DNA of 64,000 nt, taken from assembly GCA_030704615.1 (NCBI GenBank), contig CM060731.1, positions 59,520,001 through 59,584,000 of the forward strand, given 5' to 3'. Position 1 is the first letter of the stretch, and each line of letters starts with the position of its first letter. The translations under genes and the position numbers were made by a program. Positions 40,647 to 52,832 of the stretch are shown here, one piece after another. This stretch comes from Takakia lepidozioides. Taxonomy: Eukaryota; Plantae; Bryophyta. The notes under the pieces were generated by a model. The model had not been told where the DNA came from, did not search any database, and saw nothing but the letters and a program-made list of their open reading frames with translations.

Positions 40647-43600
40647 TCACCAGTAATCCTCACAAGAACAAACCCCATCTTCAAAGTGGTGAAAGCGGTT
40701 GGCGTCCCGTACAACAATTGCACGGCCTACAATCTTTGAGATGAACTTGGTGGAGGTATGGCAGTCACCACACACCCGAAGATTCTTGATGAGACGGAGA
40801 GCCGTCCTAGGGGCTGTGCTGATAAGCCCAAAACCAATGGCCAGCTTCTCACTATGGTGGCAAAGAGAAAATTCCTTTTGCTCCTCCCCCACATCATGCA
40901 GTACAAAGCGTGTGTCAGGCAAATACCCTGCCTCCTTCATCTGCTCAGACAATCTTCTCAGCTCAGCATGGATTTCCTTAATTTTGGGATGCAAGTTGTC
41001 ATCTACAACAAAGGTGTGCACCCTGTTCCCAACCTCAATGCAGCAGCGACCTGGCTCCTTTCTAACCCCTCTGTCCTTCATCATTTTTCTCACCTTTGCA
41101 CTATCCTCCCACCTGCCAGCTGTGGCATAGATGTTTGATAGCAACACGTAAGTCGCGGAATCCTGTTCATCCAACTTGAGAATAGATGTTGCTGCACGTT
41201 CAGCCATCTCCACATTGCCATGGATTCTGCAGGCACCAAGCAAGCCCTTCCACACCACAGCGTCTGGTTTGATTGGCATTTTATTAATGAGGTCCTCTGC
41301 CTCAGCCAATCGCCCTGCACGTCCAAGAAGGTCCACCATGCAGCCAAAATGCTTTACTGTCGGAGTGACACCATGATCTTGACTCAGGGAATCAAAGTAG
41401 AGTCTTCCTTCATACAGTAGGCCAACATGGCTGCATGCAGAGAGAACACTTACAAATGTGATACTGTCCGGTTTCAAGCCTTCCTTTTGCATTCCTTCAA
41501 AGAGTAGCAAGGCCTCCCTGTGACAACCATGCTGGGCATATCCTGCGATCATCACACTCCAAGACACCACATTTTGTTTGGCCATATTGTCGAACACTCT
41601 CTTGGCATCCTCAATGCACCCACATTTGGCATACATGTCCACGAGGGTATTGTTCAGAATGACATCTGGTACAATTCCAGCTTTGACGATGTCAGCATGC
41701 ACCGCTTTGCCCTTTTCCAGGGCTGCCAGGCTCGCACACGCATTGCAAACGCAGACAAACGTGATGTGGTTGGGTTTCACCCCTTCCCGCACCATTTGCT
41801 CATAGGTCTCCAAAGCCTCCATCCCACGCCCCTGCTGGGCATATCCTGCGATCATCGCGCTCCAAGACACCACATCTCGTTCGGCCATATTGTCGAACAC
41901 TCCCTTGGCATCCTCAATGCACCCACATTTGGCATACATGTCCACAAGGCTACTGTTCAGAATGATATCTGGTGCAATTCCAGCTTTGATGATGTCACCA
42001 TGGACCTCTTTGCCCTTTTTCAGGACTGCCAGGTTCGCACACGCATTGCAAACGCAAACAAACGTGATGTGGTCCGGCTTCACCCCTTCCCGCATCATTT
42101 GCTCATAGGTCTCCAAAGCCTCCATCCCGCGCCCCTGCTGTGCATATCCTGCGATCATCGTGCTCCAAGACACCACATCTCGTTCAGCCATATTGTCGAA
42201 CACTCCCTTTGCATCCTCAATGCACCCGCATTTGGCATACATGTCCACAAGGGTATTGTTCAGAATGATATTTGGTACAATTCCAGTTTTGATGATGTCA
42301 CCATGGACCTCCTTGCCCTTTTCCAGGATTGCCAGGCTCGCACACGCATTGCAAACACAAACAAACGTGATGTGGTCGGGCTTCACCCCTTCCCACATCA
42401 TTTGCTCATAGGTCTTCAAAGCCTCCATCCCGCACCCCTGCTGTGCATATCCTGCAATCATCGCATTCCAAGACACCACATCTCGTTCAGCCATATTGTG
42501 GAACACCCCCTTTGCATCCTCAATGCTACCACATTTGGCATACATGTCCACGAGCGCATTGTTCAGAATGACATCTGGTACAATTCCAGCTTTGACGATG
42601 TCACCATGGACCTCTTTGCCCTTATCCAGGACTGCCAGGCTCGCACACGCATTGCAAATGCAAACAAACGTGATGTGGTTGGGCTTCACCCCTTCCCGCA
42701 CCATTTGCTCATAGGTCTCCAAAGCCTCCATCCCCCGCCCCTGCTGCGCATATCCTGCAATCATCGCATTCCAAGACACCACATCTCGTTCAGCCATATT
42801 GTCGAACACTCCCTTTGCATGCTCGATGCTACCACATTTGGCATACATGTTCATCAGAGCAGTGTTCAGAATGACCTTTGGTACAATTCCAGCTTTGACG
42901 ATGTCACCATGGACCTCTTTGCCCTTTTCCAGGACTGCCAAGCTCGCGCACGCATTGCAAATGCAAACAAACGTGATGTGGTTGGGCTTCACCCCTTCCT
43001 GCACCATTTGCTCATAGGTCTCCAAAGCCTCCATCCCGCGCCCCTGCTGTGCATATCCTGCAATCATCGCGCTCCATGACACCACATCTCGTTCAGCCAT
43101 ATTGTCGAACACTCCCTTGGCAACCTCGATGCAACCACATTTGGCATACATGTCCACAAGGGTATTGTTCAGAATGACATCTGGTACAATTCCAGCTTTG
43201 ACAATGTCACCGTGGACCTCTTTGCCCTTTTCGAGGGCTCCCAGACTCGCACACGCATGGCAAACGGAGACAAACGTGATGTGGTTGGGCTTCACCCCTT
43301 CCCGCGTCATTTGTTCATAGGTCTCCAAAGCATTCCTATCACACCCATGCTTGGTAAATCCTGCCATCATTATATTCCACGTGATCAAACATCGTTGAGG
43401 CATTCTGTTGAACACTTTGTGAGCATCCACGATACTACCGCACTTAACATACATGTTGACAAGGGTGTTGTGTAGGAAAACGTTAGGCTTGAATCCACTT
43501 TGGATAATGTGAGCATGCACCTGCTTTCCAGCTTCCAGGCCTTTCATCTTGATGCACTTATGCAAGAGACAGACATAAGTGTCTGAATCTGCTGAAATAC

Positions 43601-43871
43601 CTCCGTGGTTTAAAGTCTGTAGAGCCTCTTTCAATCGCCCTACCTCACAGAGCATCCTCACATGCCCAGAAGTGCCAGAAGAGGCATTGTGGACTCCCTC
43701 TGTTGGTCCTCTTACAGAAGCTGTGGTCATGGTCGAGGTGCCTGATTTTGTTATTTGTGCCGCTGCTGCTGCTTCCAATTGACCATCTACCCAAACAGGT
43801 TTTTTGTAGCTATCAATCCACCGGGTATGATAGGTAATCTTGTGCTTGAGATTCGCTCCTCTTGGGTGAAC
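40647..43871 (-). CDS. Main exon of a PLS-E1-E2-DYW (PG-type) C-to-U RNA-editing PPR protein, preceded by the second half of a PDF motif
   Basis: About 23 P/L/S motifs, KEPG box, HSEKLA, CGDCH and terminal DYW; splice acceptor gtccag|GTT at 43871. Confidence 0.95.
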   Translation of the reverse strand, partial: VHPRGANLKHKITYHTRWIDSYKKPVWVDGQLEAAAAAQITKSGTSTMTTASVRGPTEGVHNASSGTSGHVRMLCEVGRLKEALQTLNHGGISADSDTYVCLLHKCIKMKGLEAGKQVHAHIIQSGFKPNVFLHNTLVNMYVKCGSIVDAHKVFNRMPQRCLITWNIMMAGFTKHGCDRNALETYEQMTREGVKPNHITFVSVCHACASLGALEKGKEVHGDIVKAGIVPDVILNNTLVDMYAKCGCIEVAKGVFDNMAERDVVSWSAMIAGYAQQGRGMEALETYEQMVQEGVKPNHITFVCICNACASLAVLEKGKEVHGDIVKAGIVPKVILNTALMNMYAKCGSIEHAKGVFDNMAERDVVSWNAMIAGYAQQGRGMEALETYEQMVREGVKPNHITFVCICNACASLAVLDKGKEVHGDIVKAGIVPDVILNNALVDMYAKCGSIEDAKGVFHNMAERDVVSWNAMIAGYAQQGCGMEALKTYEQMMWEGVKPDHITFVCVCNACASLAILEKGKEVHGDIIKTGIVPNIILNNTLVDMYAKCGCIEDAKGVFDNMAERDVVSWSTMIAGYAQQGRGMEALETYEQMMREGVKPDHITFVCVCNACANLAVLKKGKEVHGDIIKAGIAPDIILNSSLVDMYAKCGCIEDAKGVFDNMAERDVVSWSAMIAGYAQQGRGMEALETYEQMVREGVKPNHITFVCVCNACASLAALEKGKAVHADIVKAGIVPDVILNNTLVDMYAKCGCIEDAKRVFDNMAKQNVVSWSVMIAGYAQHGCHREALLLFEGMQKEGLKPDSITFVSVLSACSHVGLLYEGRLYFDSLSQDHGVTPTVKHFGCMVDLLGRAGRLAEAEDLINKMPIKPDAVVWKGLLGACRIHGNVEMAERAATSILKLDEQDSATYVLLSNIYATAGRWEDSAKVRKMMKDRGVRKEPGRCCIEVGNRVHTFVVDDNLHPKIKEIHAELRRLSEQMKEAGYLPDTRFVLHDVGEEQKEFSLCHHSEKLAIGFGLISTAPRTALRLIKNLRVCGDCHTSTKFISKIVGRAIVVRDANRFHHFEDGVCSCEDYW

Positions 43872-44102
43872 CTGGACCCACACTGTATCCCTGCTCCTTC
43901 AGCTATCCCTGCCTCTGCACCAGTCATGTATAGACCCTCTCCTGGCTGCTAGAAGCTGACAATGACAACCTAGATTTGTTCTAGCAAACACCTCAACTTA
44001 CACTAGCTGTGATCCTGAATTGCTCCCAAGAATTTTAAAATGTGCTGGGGAGAGTGAGGATGACAATTTCCCAGCACAGCTTTGCATTGCATAGGCATTC
44101 AC

Positions 44103-45519
44103 CTTTTTGCCACGATTGTCCCACCATTGACTGGGGTCGGAAAAAAAATCAATCCAGATCTTCTCCTGGTCGCTGCTAGCTGTTTTTGGATACTTTCCTG
44201 CTCCCACATTGGCAGAGTAACATGTGAAAAACCACTTCAAAGCATCATAGATCCACCCACCGAGCTTACTTGCAGAATTCAAGATGAAAAATTAGGGACA
44301 ACTGATAAGAGGGAAAAACAGGCTGAAAAGCAATGAAGAAGAAGGTGCCCTCACCACATTGTCCTTGACCTTGTGTCATGAAAGTGACTAGCTTTTCTTT
44401 CAACCATGGAGGATTCAACCGACCATCAACCCAAAAGGACCTCTTGTGTGTGCTGCTTGTGTCTGTTGTCACCCGCTGCCGGCAAACGCCCACCCCAGTC
44501 AGGTGATCTCGGATTGGTCTGTGAGGAGAACCACCACTGTGCATCTGAGCAGATAAAGAACAAGCTGACCCTCCCAAGCACCTTGTACACACCAGGAAAG
44601 TACCAAATCATGATAGAGCCCACATTTGCAGGTGGACAAAATTCTTCACATGGTATATTAAGAAAGCCACACCTTGCGATGGCATTGTTCCACCATTGAG
44701 AAGGATCTTTACAAAACTCGTGCCAGCTCCGCTCCATTCTCCACAGTAGACCTTTGTGCCCGAAAATCCCACAGAATCAAACAATTTGACCAGTTCCCTT
44801 TTGGGGGAGTACTAAGTGAGCTTTCAACAACATTCATCCAACTCACTTTGGACTATATTGGCTTACAAATGAAGAACATTCGAACGTGTGCAAACCTTCA
44901 CATATGCTAAACCAGATTATGTCTGTAGCCTGGAGATTTTGGAGTGGTCTGTGAATGCGATCAAGCAGCAGCTGAGCAGCCACAGCCTGAACCCTCTCAA
45001 GTACCTTGCAAACTCCAGGGAAAAAACCTTGCGCATCCTACTTTCATGCCCTGCTCAGGAAGACCAACCTCGATACGGACAGTAAAAGCAGTTTTTCCAG
45101 AGCAAAGCGAGACTCTGACATCACTCAATACGATCATACCAGAGTTCCGTCAAACTCCCTTCGTCATCCTACATGAAGAAAGCTCACCTTGTCAAGGCTA
45201 CTGTCCCACCATTGTGAGGTATCTTCAAAGACCTCCTGCCAGCGCTGTTCCATGCTCCAGCGTTGACCTACACGCCAGATATACCAATTATCGGCCTTGC
45301 CTAACGATCCCGTGCCCTTTCTTGCTTCTTTGCCCAGTGTACATTTGTCTCTGCTGAATTACGCAGAAGACAATTTCGAGCCTGGATCCACGGCGCATAC
45401 GTACAATACAGCGACCACAAAAAAAGTAAACCGCGAAATGTTTCGTGTTAGTACCTGATATGAATGGCATCCCTGAATGCGCCATAGCCACAAGATGCAA
45501 GCAACTCCGCTCTGCACAT
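44103..45519 (-). CDS. Upstream exons of the same PPR gene encoding a putative targeting peptide and OSB-type PDF motifs (partly frameshifted)
   Basis: Exon 45519-45455 (MCRAELL...) joins in phase to 45353-45188 (...WQEVFEDTSQWWDSSLDK|gt). Further pieces read TTPKSPGYRH, WHEFCKDPSQWWNN, TNPRSPD...WVDGRLNPPW, and IWIDFFSDPSQWWDNRGKK|gt. Confidence 0.65.
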
Positions 45520-45767
45520 TGCCGAGGGGGAAGTCGTTTGCAGCTCCACAGCCCAGCCCTTCAATCCTTCAATCCTTCAATCGGTAGCATCACCGCAGCG
45601 AGAAGGACAGGGCCTTGCGTTTGGAGTGGAGCAGGCGAGAGTGAAAACGAGGCAGAAAATACTCTGGAATTACCTTCAGAGCGGTAATACCATAGTGTGC
45701 TCGGACAAGCCGCTCTTCTCTTGATACTCCCGAGGCAAAACCCGGGCAACCAGTCATCGACAGGAAC

Positions 45768-45872
45768 AATGGCATCTTGTAGAGAATCATTATAGAATAC
45801 CCACGAACAATGGCATCGTCTGTAGCACATTTATAGAATATCCACGACCAATGGCACCTTGTAGAGAATAAT
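45768..45872. repeat. About 2.5 tandem copies of a roughly 41-bp unit in the divergent intergenic region
   Basis: AATGGCATC..GTAG..A...TTATAGAATA.CCACGA.C recurs. Confidence 0.6.
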
Positions 45873-46755
45873 AATACAATATGCAACGAATGTGAGGCCA
45901 CGACGTTGGGGATAGGGTATCTCGGTGGAGGAGCCGTCGGGGAGAACGGCGTAACTTGTATAAAAGTGGCTCAGTCCTGCGTCGTCTCCACCTTGTGGTG
46001 GAAGAAGCTTGATGCGAGAGCACTGCAATCCCGAAGTCAGCAACACAAAGGTTTTCTGTCTTCACTAACACTGTTGTTGCTGTATGTAGGTGTGTTGAGA
46101 TTGTTGGTAGAACTTGTGAAGAGGAGATCTGTGCACAGTTTAATTTGTTACAGCCGGCTCAACAGGGATCGGTTACTGTCGGGTGCGCTTTTGGAGCTTG
46201 AGATAGTAGTTATGTAGGACCCCCACCACCATGCATGGAGGTGCGGTATCTAGACAAACATCTCTGTCTTGATCTAACAGTTCTCTAGATTAATGTACTG
46301 CCGGTGGCACTACGTCCGTGATGTTTGGCCAGTCGCTCTCTAAGTTGTCAACTTGAGTTCCTTTATTCATCTGCTCTGCTCCCTGTTCTGTATGTATCCT
46401 GCAAGACAGCTCTGGAGACACATAGTGATATGCTTAAACTCAGCGGGTAGTCTTGCCTGATCTGAGGTCTGCACAGAAAAAGTCCGAACGTGGCGCTCCC
46501 ACGCTCAGATTACGTAACTCATCATGAACTAAGCTCTCCGAGCTCTCCGTTCACTGTGCTGATCTAGACTCAAGCTGCACACAGAATGGAAGACGTCGCA
46601 CTTGATCTGCAACCTGAGGAGAGCGCAAATGCCCGAGCATTGAGTCAATTGACCACTTCAAACGGCGAGCGTGAGGATTGCAACATGGTAGTTGACAATC
46701 CAGAGTTTGAGATTAAACCCAGCTAAACAAGAATTCAACCAGTAGTAAAAGTTCA

Positions 46756-48810
46756 GATGGCTATGACGCAATAGTGGTAGGCTCTGGTTATGGTGGAGCG
46801 ATTGCAGCGTGCCGGTTGGCAGAAGCTGGCCTCAACGTCCCTGGGAAGCCCACGAGTTTCCAACTTCCGTCTGGCAATTCCTTCGGTCCACTTATTTGCG
46901 CACACCATTAGGAAGCTTTGGAGACCCCAAAGGTCTCTTCCAGGTACAGTCTAAGTTTGCACGAATCCAATTTACAACCTCTGGACAGAGAGTTGCTTAG
47001 TGGACTAGCTGTGTGATCTGTGGATCATAAGGACTCGTATGTGTGTGTGCACAGTCATGTCAATCAGAGACGTTAAAGCTTTGATGCATTAGGAAAGAAT
47101 GTCAATGACTATCCATGGGCACCTGATCGAAGCTCCTAATAAGAGTTTAGCACAGCTACATGGTCTGTAACTTGAATCATGTGCATGTGCAAGCAGACGT
47201 ATGTTCAAGGGGACACATTTGCACTTGTTGGGGCGGGACTTGGTGGAGGCTCCTTGGTGAATGCCGGGCTGGTTGCGCGACTGCCCGCACGCACACGGCG
47301 AGATCCACGGTGGCCGAGAGAGTGGGAGAGGGACTGGCACGCATTCGAAGCTCGTGCCCATGCCATGCTGGAGCCTGAGGAAGTTCTTCATGTCTTCCCA
47401 AAGTCACAGGTTCGTGCCCCAGACCAGTTCTATATATAGAGCAATGGCGCGCTGCAGCGTAAGAGTCACTGAAAGGGAGATCAGCTGCAAGCAATTCCGT
47501 TGCAATGAGGAACCGGACGATGGCGCACAGTCCCGAGTGGTTCTGCTGATAAACGGTTACTCCACAGAAAGCTACTATCTTCCCTCTGAGCCCCACGACC
47601 TAGTCCGCACATTGATCCAAAATGATTACGAGCCCTGGGTGCTGCAAACCCGCTACCACCCCGAGCATGCCACCCCTCGACACTTCACCTTTGACGACGT
47701 TGCCCGTTTTGATATCCCTGCTGGTACATCTCTGAATCCTTCAAACTTTCCCGGATGTGCATGCTAATCAATAACCACCATTGCTGACAAAACAAATCAC
47801 TGACAAAACACCATTGCTGGATGCAGTGTTCGCACAGATCGCAGCTGTGAAAGGAAACACAGTCCGCCCCCACGTTGTGGCTCACTGTGTGGGGGGCCTG
47901 TCAATCCACATGGCCCTGCTCGCAGGCTTTCTCCCCACCTCCTCCATCGCATCCTTGGCCTGCACCAACTCCTCCATGTTCTTCGTCCTCTCTCTCGCAC
48001 AGCTCTACCCTCCTCTCCTTCTCGTACGCCCTCGTCTCCCTCTCGGAGATGTTTCAAAATACCCGTATGTATCCATAATGTACGTATACACGTAACATAC
48101 TCGTATGTGTGATGGGACAGATATCGATGGCCATCCTGGGCAAGAACAGCGTGCTGCAAATGGAGGCGGGCACGGACGGCTGGCGCCACGCGGTCGTCCG
48201 CGCGGTTGCACGGATCATACCGCGACCGCAACCGTGCGCGCACGATCGGTGCCAAGTCTTCTCGGGAATCTTCGGGAACTCGTACTGGCACGAGAACGTG
48301 ACGGAGAGCATGCACGCGTGGCTGGTGCACCGCCTGGTTCACTGCGTGCCCATGTCCGCCTTCCCGCACCTGCGCGCGATCTGCCTTGCGCGGCGCGTGG
48401 TTGACAAGCGCGGTTCAGACGAGTACCTGGCACACCCGGAGAGGCTGGCGCTGCCCACGACGTACATCTCGGACGGCCGCATGGTTCTGGTCACGCTAGA
48501 AACGTCGTTGCGCGCGCACGAGTTCATGACGCGCCATCATCCACAGTTCGAGCACGTCCGCGCGGTTGTGCCCGGCTACGGCCACTCCGACCTGCTCATT
48601 GGGGAACATGCGCACGCGGATGTGTTCCCGCACATTGTCGGGCACCTCCGCAGAGTGGAGGCGAACGGCGGTAAGGTTCCCATGCCGCGGCACGGTCGTG
48701 TTCCCTTATCTTGGGAGCGTCCGCGGCACGGCACCCTGCGGCTGCTTCTGCGGCTCTGCTTGCTTCTTGTGCTGTGCCTTCTTCCATTCAGCATCCACCT
48801 CTTCGGATGA
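46756..48810 (+). pseudogene. GMC (cholesterol-oxidase-like) oxidoreductase / alpha-beta hydrolase fusion gene, internally deleted
   Basis: YDAIVVGSGYGGAIAACRLAEAG, GLGGGSLVNAG, then the hydrolase LLINGYSTES, AHCVGG and GYGHSDLLIGE. The GMC C-terminal half is missing and there are frameshifts. Confidence 0.8.
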
Positions 48811-49866
48811 CTCGCAAAGTCAGGATCAGGATCCTGTTACTTCCTTCCTGAGAGGATTTGCGAATAGATTCAATCTGATGCGGATTTTCATGCGGATTGA
48901 AGTTTCTGGCATCGGAACATTTAGCAATATGGTAGTTTGGAGAATAGAATGAAGCGTTTTGTAGTTTGATCTATCTTCTAGCATGGCGATTCGAAGGCTG
49001 TCACTACTGTGTAATTCCACTGATACGTTCGGTCATTGTCATCTGTCACTACAATCTCTTTCGCAGGCCCATTGATGATGGTGTTGGAAGCATTGGCTGC
49101 ATTCAGTCAGACACATGATACTCACTGGCATACACAGGATCACTAACATTGAACCCTTCTGGTATGCCAAGCAGGCTGGCAAATGTAGGGGAACCTTCAC
49201 ACTGACACTGTTTTAATCGTTGTGGAAAATGTTGAGAATTTGAAGAACAGTGCAGATTAGAGAGCTACCTGGGCCCAAGTGCGCAACAGGACCTGCTTGT
49301 CTTCAGTCATAACGGGGGAGGGGGGCATTGCAAAGAATCAAGGGGATACAAACTGACCAGAAATCACCTTACGAGCTCATATGAACATAAAACAGCAGAA
49401 ATCAGGAGAACAAGGGGTGTACAAGGGATGGAGAAATGTGCCGCAGTTTACAGCTCTCGATGTGTGTGAAATTGTACAAAGTGGGTATCTTCAGGATTCA
49501 GTTTCTTCAGCCCCCATTCTCTCTCACACACATGGCTTGCACTAGCGTTTCACGTCCCTACCTCACCCTCTCTCTCGTGCTCTTTCTGACCAACGAGGAA
49601 AACCATAAGCCCCCACTGACCATTCTGCTACATTAACCAACATATGTAGACACCGTAGGTGTACATCACACTTACACATGGGTAGCCTCCAAAGTATGGA
49701 GCTCCACAAGCCCACCGTGCTTCTTCCAGGTGCGTTTTCCTCCATGTAAACAGTCCATCTCTCTTGAATTTCTTCCCCGCCACACTACCAGGAGGTCGGC
49801 CTCACAGAGTGACCAGGCACCTATCCGCCTCCACATTGAGCTCCATATTGCCAACCGCATCTTCTC

Positions 49867-50091
49867 TCAGTAAGATTTCCCGCAGTGGATCAAGCTTCCA
49901 GCCCCCAGAAACAGGCCGAACACCGCGGCACTCCCCAGGGTCGTTTGGCCCACATACCGCACCTTGAGAAGGCCTGGAATTTTGTATCTAAATGCCTCGT
50001 AAGTGCCATACACAGCACCGATGGCGCCGCCCACTGCCCCTCCTACTCCAACCCCTGTAATGACCCGGGTCAAGCAGTCGTTCCTCGCCAT
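49867..50091 (-). CDS. ROMO1: Reactive oxygen species modulator 1 / Mgr2 (mitochondrial TIM23 subunit), 74 aa
   Basis: MARNDCLTRVITGVGVGGAVGGAIGAVYGTYEAFRYK...SAAVFGLFLGAGSLIHCGKSY. Confidence 0.95.
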   Translation of the reverse strand: MARNDCLTRVITGVGVGGAVGGAIGAVYGTYEAFRYKIPGLLKVRYVGQTTLGSAAVFGLFLGAGSLIHCGKSY

Positions 50092-50190
50092 ATCTGTCCT
50101 CCCCAAAGCTCTAGGTTTCCCTCTCTCTTCTCTCTCTCCCTCATGCACACGCAGTTGAGCCCTAATCCCCGGCGGCAAAAATGAGTTGGT

Positions 50191-50199
50191 TTAGGGTTT
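50191..50199 (-). promoter_or_regulatory. Telo-box (AAACCCTAA) upstream of ROMO1
   Basis: TTAGGGTTT about 100 bp upstream of the ATG. Confidence 0.5.
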
Positions 50200-50989
50200 A
50201 AGAAATGTTGAATAGGGATGATGTGGACATTGGTGCCGAGGGCAAAGAGATGAGATACTATCGTCTGGAAGAGTAGGATTGGTTGCTAATGATTAGGTCA
50301 AACGCGAAAGAGTGCACAGAATCAACACACACTTGTTCGGTTCACCCATACGATAATCCCGGCGGTGTTGAGGAAACTGCAGCTTTGATATCATCAATCT
50401 GGGGCCTTGGCAAGATGGTAATGAAGCATCAGACGAGGTGGAGACAGGTGGGCCCGCCACTGAGGAGAAATCCACAGAGACAGACACGAAGACGATCCGA
50501 TAATTTTCTTCAGAGGGTGGAGGGCACACATGGACGGATGCATCTGTTTCGTGACACAAATGAACATCCCGGGTCTTTGGAGCACCTCCCGATGTGTCCG
50601 TCTCCCCACCCACCATTGGCATCGTACTTCCTTCTCGAAATGAGATTTTCTCATGGGTACAACCACTGTCCTGAAGTGAATGCAGATATCTGGCTAGATC
50701 TATCCAAATGTCCAAGTACATATGCAACAATTCTCGTACACTTTCTAGTCAAAGAAATTCAAAACGTGGTGCATGGCCAGCACTTTCGTAGATGTGCCAT
50801 CAGGCAATTGGCGGAATGAATGTTCATTTCGTCATGGTCCAATATAGGGTGTTCAAACTGCCGCAATAACCTAGTTGATGAATCAAGCTGTTTGTCAGTA
50901 ACGTTGTTACATAGTTTAAGCTCTCAGATTCTGACTACAACAAACTTGGTCAGCGGCACTCAAGTCTGCCTCTGGAGATTATGAAGTAC

Positions 50990-51200
50990 TGTCTTCAGAC
51001 ATGTTTGTTCTCACATGCTGGCGAATGCAACAGGAAGATACCTCCTGAGGATAGGATTTGCTCAATTTGTACCACATGTGAAGGAGACTGGAATCATTTA
51101 TGCCCTATGAGATCCAGGATACATGGAGTCTTTTCAGCCTTTTTTTGTGCCTGGTAGCAGCAGCCAAATTGCTTAAGAGCTCACTTGCATGAGGCATTAC
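50990..51200 (+). mobile_element. Possible decayed LINE 3' fragment
   Basis: FR..SHML..ATGR and IPPEDRICSIC...H.CP resemble LINE ORF2 C-termini. Confidence 0.35.
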
Positions 51201-52832
51201 GCCGTGGTGAGAGATTATTTCTTCTACGCTCTTGATTGGAGCAGTTTACAAGAACCTACTACTTGCTCCTTCTGGTTTGTTTCTGTCAGCGACAATAAAT
51301 ATGGTGGGCCTGCTTCCCCCCGGGCTTTGCTTACATCGCTAATGCCTTTGTTGGTGCTTTGACCTCTTTATTTTTTATTTTAGTTGTTGAGATGTATCTT
51401 TCATTCCTCTTTGGTGAATTATGTCACTGACTGTGTCCTCTACATTCACGGTTTGGTGTTTGTGGACAGAGGATACAGAGACCCTCTGGGAAGTGCCGAG
51501 CACGAAGCTCCAAAGGGAAGTGGTGAATTCAAAAACTAATGGTGGAGAGACAGCCTACGAGGGGCAGTTAAGACAGCCTACAGCGTGGAGCGGAAGGAAA
51601 GCATAAAGCTGGGAGAAATGGCTTGTCATTGAATGCAATCAGTCACTACTGCACTTCTGCAAGTTGCCTCACCTCCCTTGGCAAGCTGGTCAATAATCAC
51701 CATTGTTTGATATCTGTTAAACTGCAGCCTTGACTTCTGGCTACCATTCAGAGCAACTGTGGGATCAGAGAGAGGGGTCTATGAAGGCCTATGAGGAGGG
51801 AATGAAACCTCCCTTCCGTTCTTCTTACTTTCCTCCCATGCGTTCCGTCTTTTCCTGCCCCTCTTGATTCCCACCATGACCCTGGAAACCAGTTTCCCTT
51901 CACTTCCCATCTTCATTTTCCCTCTACGGTTCATACATTTTCCTAAAAGATGCATTACTTCATGGGAATGAGGAAGTTCCCTTCGACACCGGGGTCCAGA
52001 AAGGGGATAACCTCATATTTCCCCTTTTTGCTAAAGAGGGAAAGTTAAAAGCTCCTTGTGATATATATAATAAGGTAGGGTTCTGCGATGATCCCCTTGA
52101 CCTCCCAAGCTTTGATGGTGGGGAGATGAAGAAGAGCGTGGTGCCCATGGTTGCATCACTGATCTGCATCGGGCATGAGGGGTCATGGCTGTTCTTTCTG
52201 ACACTCTAGATTTCCTGATGCAATGGCGCTCTCTCTTTTGTATTTGGTATACTTGATGTGCTGCCTGATTTGATACCACCTACAGAAGGGTCTGGCACCA
52301 GAATTGGAGAATAACAGCCATAGCGGCGTATGCTGCATTTGTGGCACTCGTGGGGCACATGCCGGCCCTGTTCTCATGTTCTCCAGGCATCTTGGGTTGT
52401 CCTTATAAGCCTCCACAAGTTGACATTGCTTGCAGGCCTGGACATATGCCGAACGCTTCAAGAAGCTGTGACCTGTATACTCTGCATTTTTGTTTTGGGT
52501 TGGTTCAGGAAGGTAAGATCTATGGACAAGGGGGCCACCCAGAGGTGGAGAAGACTGAATGGTTGGGTCGGCCCACCATTACATTCAGCAACAAAGTTGC
52601 CAACATGTGCAAATATCCAAAAAGTGAAAATGGAGAGGAGAAGCTTTGGCAGGTATATTCTCAATTCCCAGTGAATCCATGGTGAATCCATGATTTTGTG
52701 CTCTTCCCAGCAATTCACCAGAGGAACTGGGTAGGTGTGGGGTGTTCAATGTGTAAATTGTGGGTTGTGAAGGGGGAGGATTTATAAAATCTCAGGGATA
52801 GCTGAAGGGGCCAGGGAGGGGGGTCATTGCAG

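Noticed and set aside
40647-41050. U-to-C (DYW:KP-type) editing domain
   Set aside because: Both DYW domains have a PG box, HSEKLA and terminal DYW, typical of C-to-U enzymes.
41520-43079. 519-aa His-rich plus-strand ORF and the 72-aa ORFs repeating every 303 bp
   Set aside because: Antisense shadows of the PPR repeat array.
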